From Callorhinchus milii (taxonomy: Eukaryota), in contig NW_024704742.1 in assembly GCF_018977255.1 (NCBI RefSeq), forward strand, positions 123,692,001-123,756,000: a DNA stretch of 64,000 bases. Reading direction: 5' to 3'. The notes under the pieces were generated by a model. The model worked only from the letters and a program-made list of their open reading frames with translations. It did not search any database and had not been told where the DNA came from. This document shows positions 1-13,622 of this stretch, one piece after another (the first letter of the stretch is position 1; each line of letters starts with the position of its first letter). The position numbers were made by a program, and so were the translations under genes.

Positions 1-1663
1 GTAAAGCACAAGGCACAGTTCACTTAAAAATGATCGAGTCATGAGCACACCATGCTCCATTTTCTGCATATAAAGATAAATTACAACTCAGGGATTGACA
101 TCCTTCAATCTTTGAATTGCGTTTTTTTCCCACAAGTAAGGATCCAAAACTACCAGGAATGTTTCAGGACAATTAATCACACAATTTCTATCACATCCCC
201 ATCCCCGCTGACAAGGTTTCCAACCTTCATGAACCAAATGATCAAATGGCCCAATTAGTATATTTTACCGAATAAAAATATCCATTTACTGATGTGCCAT
301 ATACTTATCCATTTACTTACTTCTTCCTAAAAAAAAATCTGATCTCCTTCACTCAACAAATGGTGGCCTGCTTCATTTCCCCCACCCAATCACTCCACCA
401 TTGGTGGGGAAGCTTTCAGCCATTCTCCCCCCACACTCTGGACTCTATCCTGCAGTCACTCTGACTTGCTTAGGTACTTGCTCTAATCAATTTTTTTTAG
501 CACTTAGTCTAAACATTGTCATCAAATTGAACTGCAGCCTAATAAACTGTATGAGACAGTCATCAGGCAAGACTTAGCTGCAGTGACGAGCGGTAGTCTG
601 CCCTGATGGCTAACAAAGATAGCAGCTCCTAAGGTGGACATTTTGCGTGATTATTTTTTCCATCAGAGGGGAACACTGGCTATTATTATTATTACTGAAC
701 AGATAGAAAACATTCTGTCATCCTATAAATCCAGAGCTCTCTAAAATTAGTTCCTTATATCACTCCGACTTGGATATTGCATACAATTATAGAATGTTCA
801 CAGTACAGAAAGTGACTTGAGGGGTCTGTGCTAGTGATAGATTTGTTCCCCTATTGTAGCTATCTACTTTAATGCCTTCCTGTTTTTACCCCATCCCCTT
901 TTGAATCCTGTTATACACAATGCCCACTTATGGTATATTCTAAAAACCCAACCTCCACTTTTTCCCTTCCCATGTTAAATCCTCAATTCAGGCTGTAATC
1001 AAATTGAACATCCTAATTCTTCACTACTTAGTATTCTAAGCCATAGACTGCTAAAACCACGGAGGAAAATGCACGCATGGTTCAGGAGGTTATAATAATA
1101 ATACTTGCAGTTAATGTAGTGGCTTATCACATCAAAGAGCTTCACACAATGAATTGCTTTGAAGTGTAGTAGTAGCTATTAGTAAGCAAAACTCACAATT
1201 GCTGTGCACCAGCAAAGCCACAAAACAAGACAATTTTGTGAATTTAGATGAGGGAAAACCAGGACCATGACACCTGGCGATCTCTCTACTCTTCAAAACA
1301 GAGCCGTAGCACCTAAACCGGGGAGACAAGATTTCAAACAATACAGTACTGATTCAAATGATTGTTTCCTTACTGATTCCATCGAACAGGCAACACAAAT
1401 TTGATTATCATAATATGAAATAGAACTGAAATATTCATAAGGGTATGTAGATAGGACAGGGGAACAGAAATACTGAACATCAACAGAGCAGAAGTGTCAA
1501 ATGTATTGAAAAGGTTAATTGGAACACAGAAACAAGATATAAGTGAGGCAGGAGGAAGTTGCTCGAATCTAAAGACAAACAAAAGCAGGATTATTAAAGA
1601 TGAAGAAATCTGAGAAGCCAAGAGGAACATTAAAGCACATTTCATTTTCCAAAGCACTGGTAC

Positions 1664-1795
1664 CTGTATTGAAATCGAGCTTGGACATCTGTAGAGCGTA
1701 AGCTTCACAATCTTTCTTGCTGAAGCTGAAAATGATAACAGGCTGAAAGTTCCTTTCCATTATCATCTTCACAATCTTGAATACATTCGATGGTC
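1664..1795 (-). CDS. MTREX: MTREX exon 11 (gene continues beyond window start)
   Basis: [44 protein letters not shown]. Confidence 0.97.
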
Positions 1796-2214
1796 CTATG
1801 AACATAATATTTAAAAAGTTGTAACATTTGTGCAAATCGTTAATATAATCAGCAACATATCTGCCCCATCATCGTCGGGTAAGCTGTCAGCCATTCTGCC
1901 CCCATCTCTGGAACTCAAGAGACCCTCAGACTCAGCCCCTCTTTTCCCACTTTCAAAACCCACCTTAAGACTTACTTCCTTGACTACACTTTTGGTCACC
2001 TTGGTAAAGAATGAGTTAGAAAAAAATAGATGAGTTTGATTACAAATAATGGGTTTAGTTTTCTTTATTAACAGATTTCTTGGTAAGAAATATATATTTG
2101 TTAAATTTCTAAAACATAAAATGAGGTTTAATATTTTAGAAAGGTGAAAACACATATTTCCACAAATTAAACTCCCATTAATGATTCGGGGAGGAGGAAA
2201 TAATGTAACATGAC

Positions 2215-3404
2215 AATCACCCTGGTATTCCAGCCACCTCCGCTCCCTTAAGACACAGGTGCATATCGCTGAACGCACCTGGCTCAAATCCATCGGCAGA
2301 TCTGGCTGGACCTTATCAAATCTTACTGCTCTGCCCTAGCCTCTGCTAAATCGTCCTTCTATTCCAGGACAATCTTGGAGGCCAAGGACAACCCCAGGCT
2401 CCTCTTTTCCATCACCAACCGATTACTCCACCCACCCTCTCACGCTTGGCCCATCCTCCCCTCCAACGCCAACCGCGAGGCGATGCTAGACTTCCTCGAA
2501 ACCAAAATCAAGGGGATCTGCTCAGATACCTCTGAGCGCCTCCCCATCTCTCCCTCAACACCCCAGGCCCTACCCATCCCTCGCTCCGCACCTTCGAACT
2601 GGTCTCTCACTCCTCTCTCACCACCACTATAACCTGCATGCACCTGACCACCTGCTCCCTTAACCACATCCCTACCCCTCCCCTTACCTCCCAGCTGCAC
2701 CTCCTTGCCCCTCTTCTCACAGACATCATAAACCTCTCCCTGTCCACTGGCACCACTCCCACTTAAAAAACGTCCGTAATCACTCTATCCTTAAAATTCC
2801 TCCCTGGACCCATCCCTGCTCTCAAAGTACTGCCCCATCTCCAATCTCCCTTTCCAAAAGACTGGAACGAGTTGTTGCTTCCCAGCTTCGCTATTTCCTC
2901 TCCTGCGACTCCCTTCACGAACCCCTCAAATCGGGTTTCCGTGCCGCCCACAGTACAGAAACAACCCTGGTCAAAGAGATAAATGACATTTTGTCCATCT
3001 GCGACCAGGGTTTCCTCTGCCTCCTTGACCTCTCTGCTGCCTTCGATACCATTGACCACTCTATGCTCCTCCCCCGCCTCTCCTCATACCTCAACCATCA
3101 TGGCTCTGTCCTTGAATGGTTCCAATCCTACCTCTCACACTATCTCCACTTCATCTCCACAAATGGATTCTCCTCTAGCCCCCCCACCATCTCGTGCGGC
3201 GTTTCTCAGGGCTCTGTCCGTGGTCCCCTCCTCTTCAATATCTATATGCTCCCTCTTGGTGACATCATCCACAGATATGCGGATGACACCCAACTCTACC
3301 TCTCTGCCTCCACCCTTGACTCCAGGGCCACTGGTGTCCTGACAGAATGTCTTTAGACATCAAGTCCTGGATGAGAGCTAACTTTCTTCAGTTGAACGTC
3401 AACA
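2215..3404 (+). mobile_element. L2-clade LINE fragment (degraded RT)
   Basis: [38 protein letters not shown] with frameshifts. Confidence 0.9.
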
Positions 3405-3980
3405 ACTTGCACTTATGAAGCGCCCTCCATGCAGGATAGCGTCTCAGAGTGCTTAGACTTTACAGACGATTAAACATTGTTGAAAGAAGAATAAAGGTGC
3501 AAATTAAACACAAGCTTGCAGGAATTCAGGTTTGCTGAGGTACTAATCACTCAAATACTCCCCAGAGAGAAGGAACAGAGGGAAAGTCGCACTGGGACAC
3601 TTGCATGCATTTTCTAATGAACAGTTATAGAATAGCAGTATATATGCCTGGGGACAAGTTAACTGCTTCCTATTTTGCCCAGGGATATAATAATAATAAT
3701 CCTTGCATTTGATATAGCACTTTTCACGCCTTCTAGACGTCTCAAAGTGCCTCACCGAATAAACTGTATAGTGAATTGACTGTATACTTGTTAGCGAATT
3801 GCGGCAGCCAATTGCTCACAGCAGTGTCCCACAAACAGCCAGTGATTGAAGTTGACACAAACCTTAAATTTTAGTGGCACAGTTTCTTAAATTTTAGCTG
3901 GCATTTCAACAGGTTCTACCTTCACCAGCAGTCACAACCCTTACCACAAACACATCCCAAATTAAATTTATTTTCTGTAC

Positions 3981-4083
3981 CTCTTGTTCCTCCTTTTCGA
4001 CCCCTCTGATCACCTTTTGCTTGATCACCTGCATCTCTCAGGACCTGCATGGCTGTGTTAAAGTTATCTTCTCTAAAATCTCC
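3981..4083 (-). CDS. MTREX: MTREX exon 10
   Basis: GDFREDNFNTAMQVLRDAGDQAKGDQRGRKGGTR. Confidence 0.96.
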
Positions 4084-5316
4084 CTTTTAAACAAAAACAT
4101 CTTGTTAAATCCATTCTTCCCAAAGAAAAGGTAAATAGTTTTAGTGTAAGAATGTCATTCTTTACATATTTGCAAGAATTCACTATGGTTTTCCAATCCC
4201 TACCTTAAATTCTAAATTTTAATGAATGTTTTCTTAGCAGATCAAATAAAATGCCATCAATCTGTTTATGTTGGAGTCAAATACAAGGTCATTCTACATT
4301 TCTACACTTCTGAACTTCAAATGAAATGTAAATGGCAATCGACAGAGGAAGAGAACAATCTTTGGGGTATGTAAACACAATAGGGGCAAAACCTAGTTTG
4401 TTGATTAGAACTGATAAATTTAGATCATTCTTTCACTGTCGTCTTTTTCTTAAAAAAACTTACATAAACAACTTGGCTAAATACACGTCACCGGAAAAAT
4501 AAAAATTAAATGTGGCACAAACTTCTTTATGAGACAACATATTACTGACAACAAACATCTGCTGGCTCTTCAGTGCACAGTTGTGTAAGCTGACCCATTT
4601 CCCTGTTCCAGCTGCAATGTTAAACTGTGCAAACAAATACACAAATGCATTGCTGATCCAAGGAAATAGTCACTGCCACCAATTTTGCTCCTTGCAATTA
4701 AGTAAAGGTACAGCTAGTCCAGCTACATTTTATCTTATGATCCAAGCTTTTACTTATAATAGCACTTAAGAGCAGCTCTTAGCTGACAGCTTCCTTCTTC
4801 ATTTTCATAATACCATCTTGAAATAATCACCCGTTGTTGAAATGTTTAGCACTTCACTGCTGAAGACATGGCAACAAAGTTCCTACAAAACAGCATTTCT
4901 CTTTATTAACTCTGATAACAATATGCAGTTCTCAAGACAGATGTTGGAACTGTTTTTTTTAAAAACAAAGTATCACATTTAACAGCACTATAAAAATGTT
5001 CCCTACCACTTTAAAATATTTGTTTTAAAAAAGTGATTGGACATACAATAGATCAAATGTTAGCAAAGATAAACCTTTTGCAAAAAGTAAGGAGTAGCTG
5101 ACATTTGATTTACTGATGCAACACAATGGAAAATTATGCAATATCATGAACTCCTATAAATATTTTCAGTGTTTATAAAGAAAACTACACTGTTCAAGGT
5201 CATGAGCAATACCCCTCATGCACAATATTCCTCCCCCCAATTCTAGATCTTGTAAATGCCGCATGTAAAGTTACATTAACTTCTTATAACACATTATAAA
5301 AATCACCTTTACTTAC

Positions 5317-5415
5317 ATTTTCATCAACAACTAGGTGCAGTCCATCACCTCCTGCTGGAAAGATATAGTGTTGCAGAGGTGTGGGTCTGTAGTCTGTATA
5401 TATCACATGACAGGG
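5317..5415 (-). CDS. MTREX: MTREX exon 9
   Basis: [33 protein letters not shown]. Confidence 0.97.
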
Positions 5416-5469
5416 CTACATGTAACAAAATGGAAAATTGTTATGGTTCTAACTGTAACCTTATATAAA

Positions 5470-5825
5470 AATCTTTGCATTTGATATAGCTCCTTATCAC
5501 ATCTTCTAGACGTCTCAAAGCGCTTAACAGAATATGCTGTAAAGTGAATTGACTGTATGTTTTGTGGGCTAAATGCAGCAGCCAATTGCATACAGCAGTG
5601 TCTCACAAACAGTCGTGGATTAAGTGACCATTTTTTTTTGAAGGAGTTATTACCCCCCAGAAAAGCCATCCGCCAATCGAGTAACAACTGGGTTCCTACT
5701 TACTGCTAGGTAAACAGAGGTGTGTGGAGTAAGGAAACTTGCCCAAAGTTTCTCCCTGCTGGGAATCAAACCCAAGTGCTCTCACTTGCCAGGCGAGTCC
5801 TATAACCACTGAACTACAGGACTCC
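5470..5825 (-). mobile_element. tRNA-derived SINE (long form with central insert)
   Basis: Head with A/B boxes, body and AAATGCAA(A/G)GA tail shared with other copies. Confidence 0.88.
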
Positions 5826-7324
5826 ACATAAAATAAGAAGCCCACCCCCCGTAGTTGGGGTACATAAAATCCTAACCAGGCTTATAATAGGGCACAAATC
5901 CCAATCAGAGTTTCCACATTGCGACATCAATAACATGACCTGTATCACTGTTATGAGCACACTAGGCCAGCCAGATTCCCAATGCCAAAACGGCAACAGT
6001 AAGGAATCAGTCAGCATGATGAGTGAACCAACATCATAAGAAAGCGAAATATTGGGGCTCCAGCCACAAGTCTAAAACTTAATACAGTACCCGGTTTGTA
6101 AATCACACATTTGATTAAGAAAGAAATTGTTTCATTACTTGTAAATAATGCAATACTAGTAGTCAAGAAATGGAGGGTCCTGGCACGTGTGACTCAGTGA
6201 CAATCGGAAGGTTTGGATCAACCTTCACATATATGTGCATTGTAGATAACTGATACTTATCAGCACCAAGAATAAGTCACATAATCTTGGTGACAACTGA
6301 TGACTGCTCCATTTGCTAGCAGTCAGGAACTACGTATGTGAAGCATTCAACAATGAACGTTCCAGTGCAAAGTTGGCACATTATACATGATTTGGGCAAT
6401 CTTGAGCAGCAAAGAACTTTAATTGCCCAGTATTTTTTCATGCAAATTATAATGTAGATGTAATCTCCTGCTGTAGATGGAGATTAAGATGAAGCAAAAA
6501 TTACTTAAGTGGGTTACTTGATTAGTTCAGGGATTTAAATTATAGTGGTCTAATTACATTTACGTCTGCAATGTCATTTGTTAATTAAACTGCTCGTTAG
6601 TATTCCTGAAATCTTCCAAGCATTTCTCTAATTTAGTGTTAGAGCATAGTGTTCAACCAAACATGAGCTAAACCCTGAGCAGTCCTCACTTTATGGAGTA
6701 AGCTGCCACCTAGTGTGACAAATGCTGTGTTAGAATCTATCAAGGGTATAACTCCTAAATTCAGCTGAAATACGTTCAGTGCATAGTTTGATATACATTT
6801 TTAAATTATGGCTGTATTTCACCCTATTTGTTTGTGTCAATCTGGCTCATGTCAATTTGTAGAAATCTTGCCTATCCCATCTGGCTGTTGTTAAAGATGC
6901 CATGGCACTATTCTAAAAGAAAAGGGAGTTTTTCCCTGGTGTCCTGGCCCCCAATAAAATTAGACATTCACTTTGTGTCTGTTCACAAAAAAACTCTGAT
7001 CATCATAGATGGATCATCACAGGTTGGTAAATATACTGCTGATGAAGAAACAGAAAGGATTGCTAATTAGAGGAAAACACAAAAAGTACATTTTAAAAAT
7101 TAAACTTTTCTATAGCAATGAAAAAAGATTGTTTGAGAAATTACTGAAATTAACACTACAGAAACAAAAATCTCACATTATTGGCATATAACATAATCCT
7201 TGCATTTGATATAGTGCCTTATCACGACTTTGAGAAGACTCCAAACACTTCACAGATTATACTGTAAAATTAATTGACTGTATAATTTGTGGGCAAAACA
7301 CAGCAGCCAATTGTCCCAGTGTAC

Positions 7325-7890
7325 CAGAGGGTTTTGAGGCAGGATTTGAAGGAGGCTAAGGAGGGGGCGAGGTAGAGTGATTGGGGGATGGAATTCCAGA
7401 GGTTGGGGGCAGAGTGGCTGAAGGCTCTCCCACCAATAGTGGGGCGGGTGGGTCGGGGGTCGTGGAGGCCAGAGCCAGCGGAGGGAGCGGGCGGGTTGGT
7501 AGGGGGTTAGGCGGTCACAGATGTAGGGTGGGGCGAAGCCATGGAGGGCTTTGTATGTGAGGACCAGGATCTTGAACTGGATCCTCTGAAGGATAGGGAG
7601 CCAATGGAGTCGGGTGAGAATGGGTGTCATCCGCATACACATGGAAGTTGACCCCATGTCTGCGGATGATGTCACCAATGGGGAGCATGTAGATATTAAA
7701 GAGGAGAGGGCCAAGGACAGAGCCCTGGGGGACGCCAGATGTGACCATGCGGGGGCTGGAGGAGAAACCGTTAGAGGCAACAAAGTGGAGACAGCGAGAG
7801 ATAGGATTCGATCCAGACAAGGGCAGGTTTGCAAAAATTAAGTAAAGAGGAGAGGCGGTGTATGAGGATGGAGCAGTCGACAGTGTCGAA
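7325..7890 (-). mobile_element. L2 LINE fragment with internal deletion
   Basis: [21 protein letters not shown] joined directly to LHWLPI; matches the 21360-23690 copy. Confidence 0.88.
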
Positions 7891-8858
7891 GGTGTGGACC
7901 CAAAACGCTCTCACTTTCCTTTTTCCATAGATGCTGCCTGACCTGCTGAGTGTTCCCAATGACTTCTGTTTTTGTTTCAGATTTCCAGCATCTGCAGTAT
8001 TTTCGTTTTGAGAATAGAACACTAAACCTAGCAAAGGAGCTCATACTATGAAATAGGGCACTTCCAGTCACACTGTATGATAGGTACTTAAAAGACAGCC
8101 AATAATTAATGATATATTGTCAGGGAGATTCAATGACCTGGATTGAATTCTTAATTTTTAGCTTCTATTCTTAAATTGGTACACCAGCCCAATGTCATAG
8201 TAGCCAGATTTGACATCCCTTGGGATGTTCTGCCAACAGGAAAGGCAATATATAAATGTAAATTTGCATTGTACTGTTTCCAAAAGTCCACAACAGTGCT
8301 TTATTACTACTATATTACCAGACTTTGGCAAAGTATAAAAACTAGAAAAGAAAAAGGAGAGAAAATAACTAGTTACTTACACCTAATAAGCAGAACATGG
8401 ATACATTCATCCATACTATGATAAAGTGGATGAAAATATCAGAATAGGAAAGGGATATGAAGCCAAAAATATCTGTTGCTCCATAAAGCGAGAATATATC
8501 CACCATAAACAATTTGCATTCATATAGCACCCCTCACGCAGGGTAATGTCTTTGAGCACTTGTGGAACATTAAAAAGCTTATGCTAGCAAGCCTAGAACT
8601 GAATTTTGCTCAACACCAGAAAAATACCAACAATGGGTTACTTTTAGTGGAACTTTCAGAGTTCAGGAAAGCAACGATAATGAGCAATAATTAGCAATAG
8701 TAGCTGTTGATAAAACTCCAAGAGACATGAAGAAAATGTATACTCCAAATAAACACTGATAGAAACAAGTCAACATCAATTCCTCCAATGTACTTAAATA
8801 ACAATCTCTATTTGCTCAGAATATTCTGTTTTATGGGATTCAAATTATAGTCAATTAC

Positions 8859-8983
8859 CTGCTTATGGAGGTGACAGATCCACTCAGCAAACTGACGTGC
8901 ATTGGGAATAGTTGCGGAAAGGAATACATAGTGAACATTGTCTGGAAGAAGGATGATTGTTTCCTCCCACACAACACCTCGCT
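8859..8983 (-). CDS. MTREX: MTREX exon 8 (SAT motif)
   Basis: [42 protein letters not shown]. Confidence 0.97.
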
Positions 8984-9509
8984 CTGAAAATAAACAGTTG
9001 GAATTGTTACTTTAAATTACCATCAAAAACATTTCCTTCTTTTAAGTCCAAAATCTTCTAACAATGAGGTAAGAGGAACAACCACCCAACAATCACAATT
9101 CCAAAAAACATTAATTTTCATTAACTCCCAACAATTTAAAGTTATTAAGTAATTGTTTCCCTTTCACAATAGTATTTTTTGTTTGTTTTGCTCCCAGGTT
9201 ATTATTTTACTCTCTTTCAGTGTCCCTCAATTAAGATACTGGAAACTACACAAAGTATAGAACTGAGCAATGTTTTCCAACCTTCCCTCCAGAAAAGTGC
9301 CTGACCTTCTCAACATTGTAGGATGATATATCATAGCATCTTAAATATCATGTTTTTATGTTACACTACCTCAAATATGAGGTAGAAAAATTAAAGCGAT
9401 GCAATTAACATCCTACCAGACTCTTACAGTACTGGGAATACTAACACATGTGCCAAAGTCTCTGTAAATTATATAACTAGTCATGATTTGTAGGCAATTG
9501 ATCACTCAC

Positions 9510-9600
9510 CAGCATCTCTCATGTAATGGATTTCATCAAAGACAACCCAGGCTACTTCCCTCATAACCTCTGATCCTCTGTACAGCATACTTCTCAAAAT
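9510..9600 (-). CDS. MTREX: MTREX exon 7 (DEIH box)
   Basis: [30 protein letters not shown]. Confidence 0.97.
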
Positions 9601-9950
9601 CTGCAAGTGAAAAGCAGAGATATGGCTCACAAATCATCACCTCTTTAGAAGATTAACAGACTCATTGTAATGTTTGACTTGAAGATCTGGGAATACGTTA
9701 TTCACTTTGAAGTGAAGGCCTCGTAACATTCTCGAAATGGACATTGGCAGAAAGTTAACTAGACATTTAAGAGAACATTTTCAAGCTATTCAAGAAAGAA
9801 TTATACGTTACTTTTATTAGATAAATGTACATATTTTACTTCAAACATTCATGTTTGAATAGAATGAGATTTGTAGATATTACTGTTGGTTTCAGCTTTG
9901 CACTGTGGAGACTCAGAAAAGTAAGAATTGAATGCGTGGGTGAACATTAC

Positions 9951-10125
9951 CTCAGTTGTCATGACCAGACAGGACGCAGTTGGATTGATAGTGACATCAC
10001 CAGTCATCAGTCCCACATCCTGAAACTCTTCATACATCTCACGGTACTTCTGATTACTCAAAGCTTTGATGGGACTGGTGAAGATAACTCGTTGCTTGTC
10101 GCGTAAAGCTAGTGCTATTGCATAC
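9951..10125 (-). CDS. MTREX: MTREX exon 6
   Basis: [58 protein letters not shown]. Confidence 0.97.
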
Positions 10126-10306
10126 CTAGAGAGCAAGAACAAATTGCTCAGAAGAATTGGTTTAAAATTACTGCTTGTAAATGCTTTCTTTAATGAAATG
10201 TGGTGCTTTCTTTAATTAGTTATTCTCCATTCCCCCCCAATCAACAAAATCCATTTAGAGAACATTGACATATCATCAGTTTACCTCACAACTAATGAGT
10301 ACTTAC

Positions 10307-10419
10307 TCGGCACAAACAGTTTTGCCAGCTGATGTGTGCGCTGATACAAGCACAGACTGGTTGTTATCCATACATGAAATAGCCTCTCTTTGAAAAGCAT
10401 CAAGAATAAAAGGGTATTC
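10307..10419 (-). CDS. MTREX: MTREX exon 5 (Q motif, Walker A)
   Basis: [38 protein letters not shown]. Confidence 0.97.
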
Positions 10420-12060
10420 CTGTAATCAAAAATATATATGGATCAGAAGCATAGAAAATTAGGTATTGTCTCAATAAGCTAAGGTTATTTTTCCACATTA
10501 ACTTTCCTCAGCCTGTTTTTGCCCAATCTAATCAGGTTTAGAGAAGTCACAAAAGCAATAGAAACTAGATTGCTGCTGCTTAGCCACAATTTAAAATATA
10601 CATTTGAAGCTTTCAGTGCATTTGAGCACTACATTTGACATAGAAATGCAATTTGTAGCCGCTTAATATTAACATTTAATTGGATATTAATATTCACATC
10701 CATGCTGGACATCATGTAAGTCATCAAGTAGTTTTATTGAACATCTTCAATGAAAAACTGTAACCATATGTACATAAATTTTGTTTGACGTAACATATTT
10801 GCTATAGTTAGACCAGCAACTTTTTACTTAACAATTCTGTGCAGTATCCTTTTTAATCTTAACTACTGAGGTAATCTCAACTGTTTAGCTGTCCATATAA
10901 AAGCAAACCACCATCAGAAACTCTATAATGTATCATACATTTCTTGTCTTCAGCAAAATAGCCACTAGAGGTTTGCATTTTTCAGTCCCTGTTCCAGCTG
11001 TGAAGAAAATACTAAACCTCTACCCACAGTCTAATTCACTTAATAGTTTCTTCCTAATAGACTTGAGCTTGATGAGAGAAAATTTCAAACTAGATTACAA
11101 TTCAATAAAGTTATTTGACTTACTGAGATTGTAGTTAATATTTAAAGGCATTTAAGTATTTGTAGTTCACCAAATACGCAAAATGAATAATGAAGGATTA
11201 ATTTTCCTTATTGCTTTTGAATAGGAGAGATCTGCACACATAGCATGAGAAAGATCTAATCAAAGATAGTGTTTAAGTAGCTAAGCCAACATGTTTATTA
11301 AATTACAAAAGATGGTGGTTCCATCACAGCATATACATTTTTGAAAGAAACTCCCATCTTTAACAGTTCATGAAAATAATGAGCAGGTGTGACAGAACAA
11401 ACCAAGTATAAACACGTTATACAACTAGTTAATACATAGGCTAAAGGTCTAAGGTAAACAGGGTTGTTGCAAGCCAGAAACTAACCCAGACCTGAATGCT
11501 GAGGTACCACACAACAGGAAATTTAGCAGCAGTGCAGCAATGGGCAAGTTACTGAAATAACAACAACTTACATTTGTATAGCACCTTTCATGTCAGGAGG
11601 ATGTCCTAAAGTGCTGAACAGTCAGGGATCCGCACCCAAGCTGGTGGATGGGATCAGGAGGGGTGGAGGGCAGGGAAGGTAGGGTTGGGAGGGTGACCGA
11701 AAGCACGGTCGCAGAGGAACGGTATCCCATTCACAAACAATACTACAACCCATCATACAGTAAAACTCACATAAGTATGATCTGTATAAATCGGATAATC
11801 GCCTAAGTTGTAAATCTGCCCAAGTCCAGTTCAAAGTTTATATTCTACGCAAGTTTGACATAACTTATGCTTTGCATAAATCCATATTAAGCCCTTTGAG
11901 GTGTTTCGAAGACATGAGAAGGTGCTGTATCAAATGCAAGGATTATTATAAATGTATGGTCCCAACTGAAGTGACTCATGTGAAGATTACTATATTTCTT
12001 TCCAGTATAGCATAACATTTAAATACGCCAAACAAAAGTAGACTTTTAAGAGGACTATAC

Positions 12061-12123
12061 CTTTGCTGCTTTTCCTATGCGAGGTTTTAGCTGTCGATAT
12101 TCATCACCCTTTGGAAGCACCAC
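12061..12123 (-). CDS. MTREX: MTREX exon 4
   Basis: VVLPKGDEYRQLKPRIGKAAK; AG/GT. Confidence 0.93.
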
Positions 12124-12172
12124 CTGAAAATTTAGAGGAAGACGTCAATCACAATTAGTCACTTGTCAAAGA

Positions 12173-12760
12173 ACAACAACAACAAAATTACATTTGTATA
12201 GCACCTTTCACGTCGGGAGGACAACCCAAGGTGCTGGACAGACAGAATAATGGATCCGAGCTGGGGGTCGGGGAGAGTGAAGGGCAGGGGGAAAGCAGGG
12301 AGATTGAAAACCCGGTCGAAGAGGAGGGTCTTGAGATGGGTCGTGAAGGTGGTGAGGGAGGGGCAAGGCGGAGGAACTGCAGGATGGAGTTCCAGAGGGT
12401 GAGGGCAGAGTGGCGGAAGGCCTGCCTGCCAATAGTGGGGCGAGAGACGCGGGGGACATGAAGCAGGCTGGAGCCCGCTGAGCGGAGGGGGTGAGCAGGA
12501 TCGTAGGGGGTTAGGAGGTCGCAGAGGTAGGGGGGAGCAAGACTGTGGAGGGTTTTGAAGGTGAGGATCAGGATCTTGAACTGTATCCTCTGTATGATGG
12601 GAAGCCAGTGGAGTTGGGCAAGGATGGGGGTGATAGGGTCACGGAGCCTGGTGCGGGAGAGCACACGGGCTGCAGAGTTCTGAATGATCTGCGGCCTGTG
12701 GAGGGAGGAGTTGGAGAGGCCGACAAGCAATGAATTTGCATAGTCGAGCCTCGATGTAAT
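12173..12760 (-). mobile_element. L2 LINE 3' fragment
   Basis: [22 protein letters not shown], stem-loop tail and (TTG)n end. Confidence 0.92.
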
Positions 12761-12925
12761 GACAGAACACTGAGAGGAAACTCTTAGGCTTGTGAAAATT
12801 ATGTTATTATCGTAAAGGTGACCACATGGCAATCCATAACCCTGCAACATTTACATACATTGTAGAATAAACATGAAAAATACAATCAAGCAAAAGCTTT
12901 TAATCATTAGAAAAAAAAATCTTAC

Positions 12926-12992
12926 CTCATGGTTACAGCCCTCTACAGTTTCAATTAGCTCCACTTTCACCTTTGGCATCAAGTCTGCAAGA
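12926..12992 (-). CDS. MTREX: MTREX exon 3
   Basis: LADLMPKVKVELIETVEGCNHE; AG/GTAAG. Confidence 0.93.
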
Positions 12993-13481
12993 CTAAATAT
13001 TAATCAGCAATATTTAGCTATACTTTAACCGATATATTGTAATGAAACACCATAATATGAAGAGAGTCACAGTTGAATCAATTCAAGCCTTATGTCAAGG
13101 ATAATGACAAAACTAACTTGACAACCTTGAATACGAATTTGCTATCAATATTCAAGGTAGCCCAAGCCTTTAACTACGAATACATTTTTATGGTGGCTTT
13201 CACGTCGGGAGGACGTCCCAAGGCGCTGAATCCCAATAATACCCTCTGACTATCAAGTCATATAATTGGTTACTCTATCAAAATGTTTACAATAGGTTTA
13301 CAGTGGCCTAGTGAGAATAGTCATTGCTATATTTTTAATTTTAAAGTAATTAATCTTCCAATATTAATTTTGTGATCTAAATAAATGCAAACTTGGATAT
13401 TACATGTTCAATGAAACAGCAAATGCTATTATATATAGTGGTTATGAAAAATGATTAAAGTATAAAAAACGTTATAATTAC

Positions 13482-13622
13482 TTAATTTCTTCCATGGAGA
13501 TGACCTCAAGTTTGGGCTTTTTCCCAAACAAGACATCTTCTGAACCATCAGCCTCCAGGTCACGTTTGTTCTTGGCAGAGGAGACGGCATTTGCTCCTCG
13601 AGCCAATCCATCGTTGGTCTTT
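13482..13622 (-). CDS. MTREX: MTREX exon 2
   Basis: KTNDG...KNKRDLEADGSEDVLFGKKPKLEVISMEEI; AG/GT boundaries, phase consistent. Confidence 0.92.

Noticed and set aside
1..1660. Expected MTREX exon 12 (DEEKKMVEEVF...)
   Set aside because: Not found by eye; presumably lies beyond the window start
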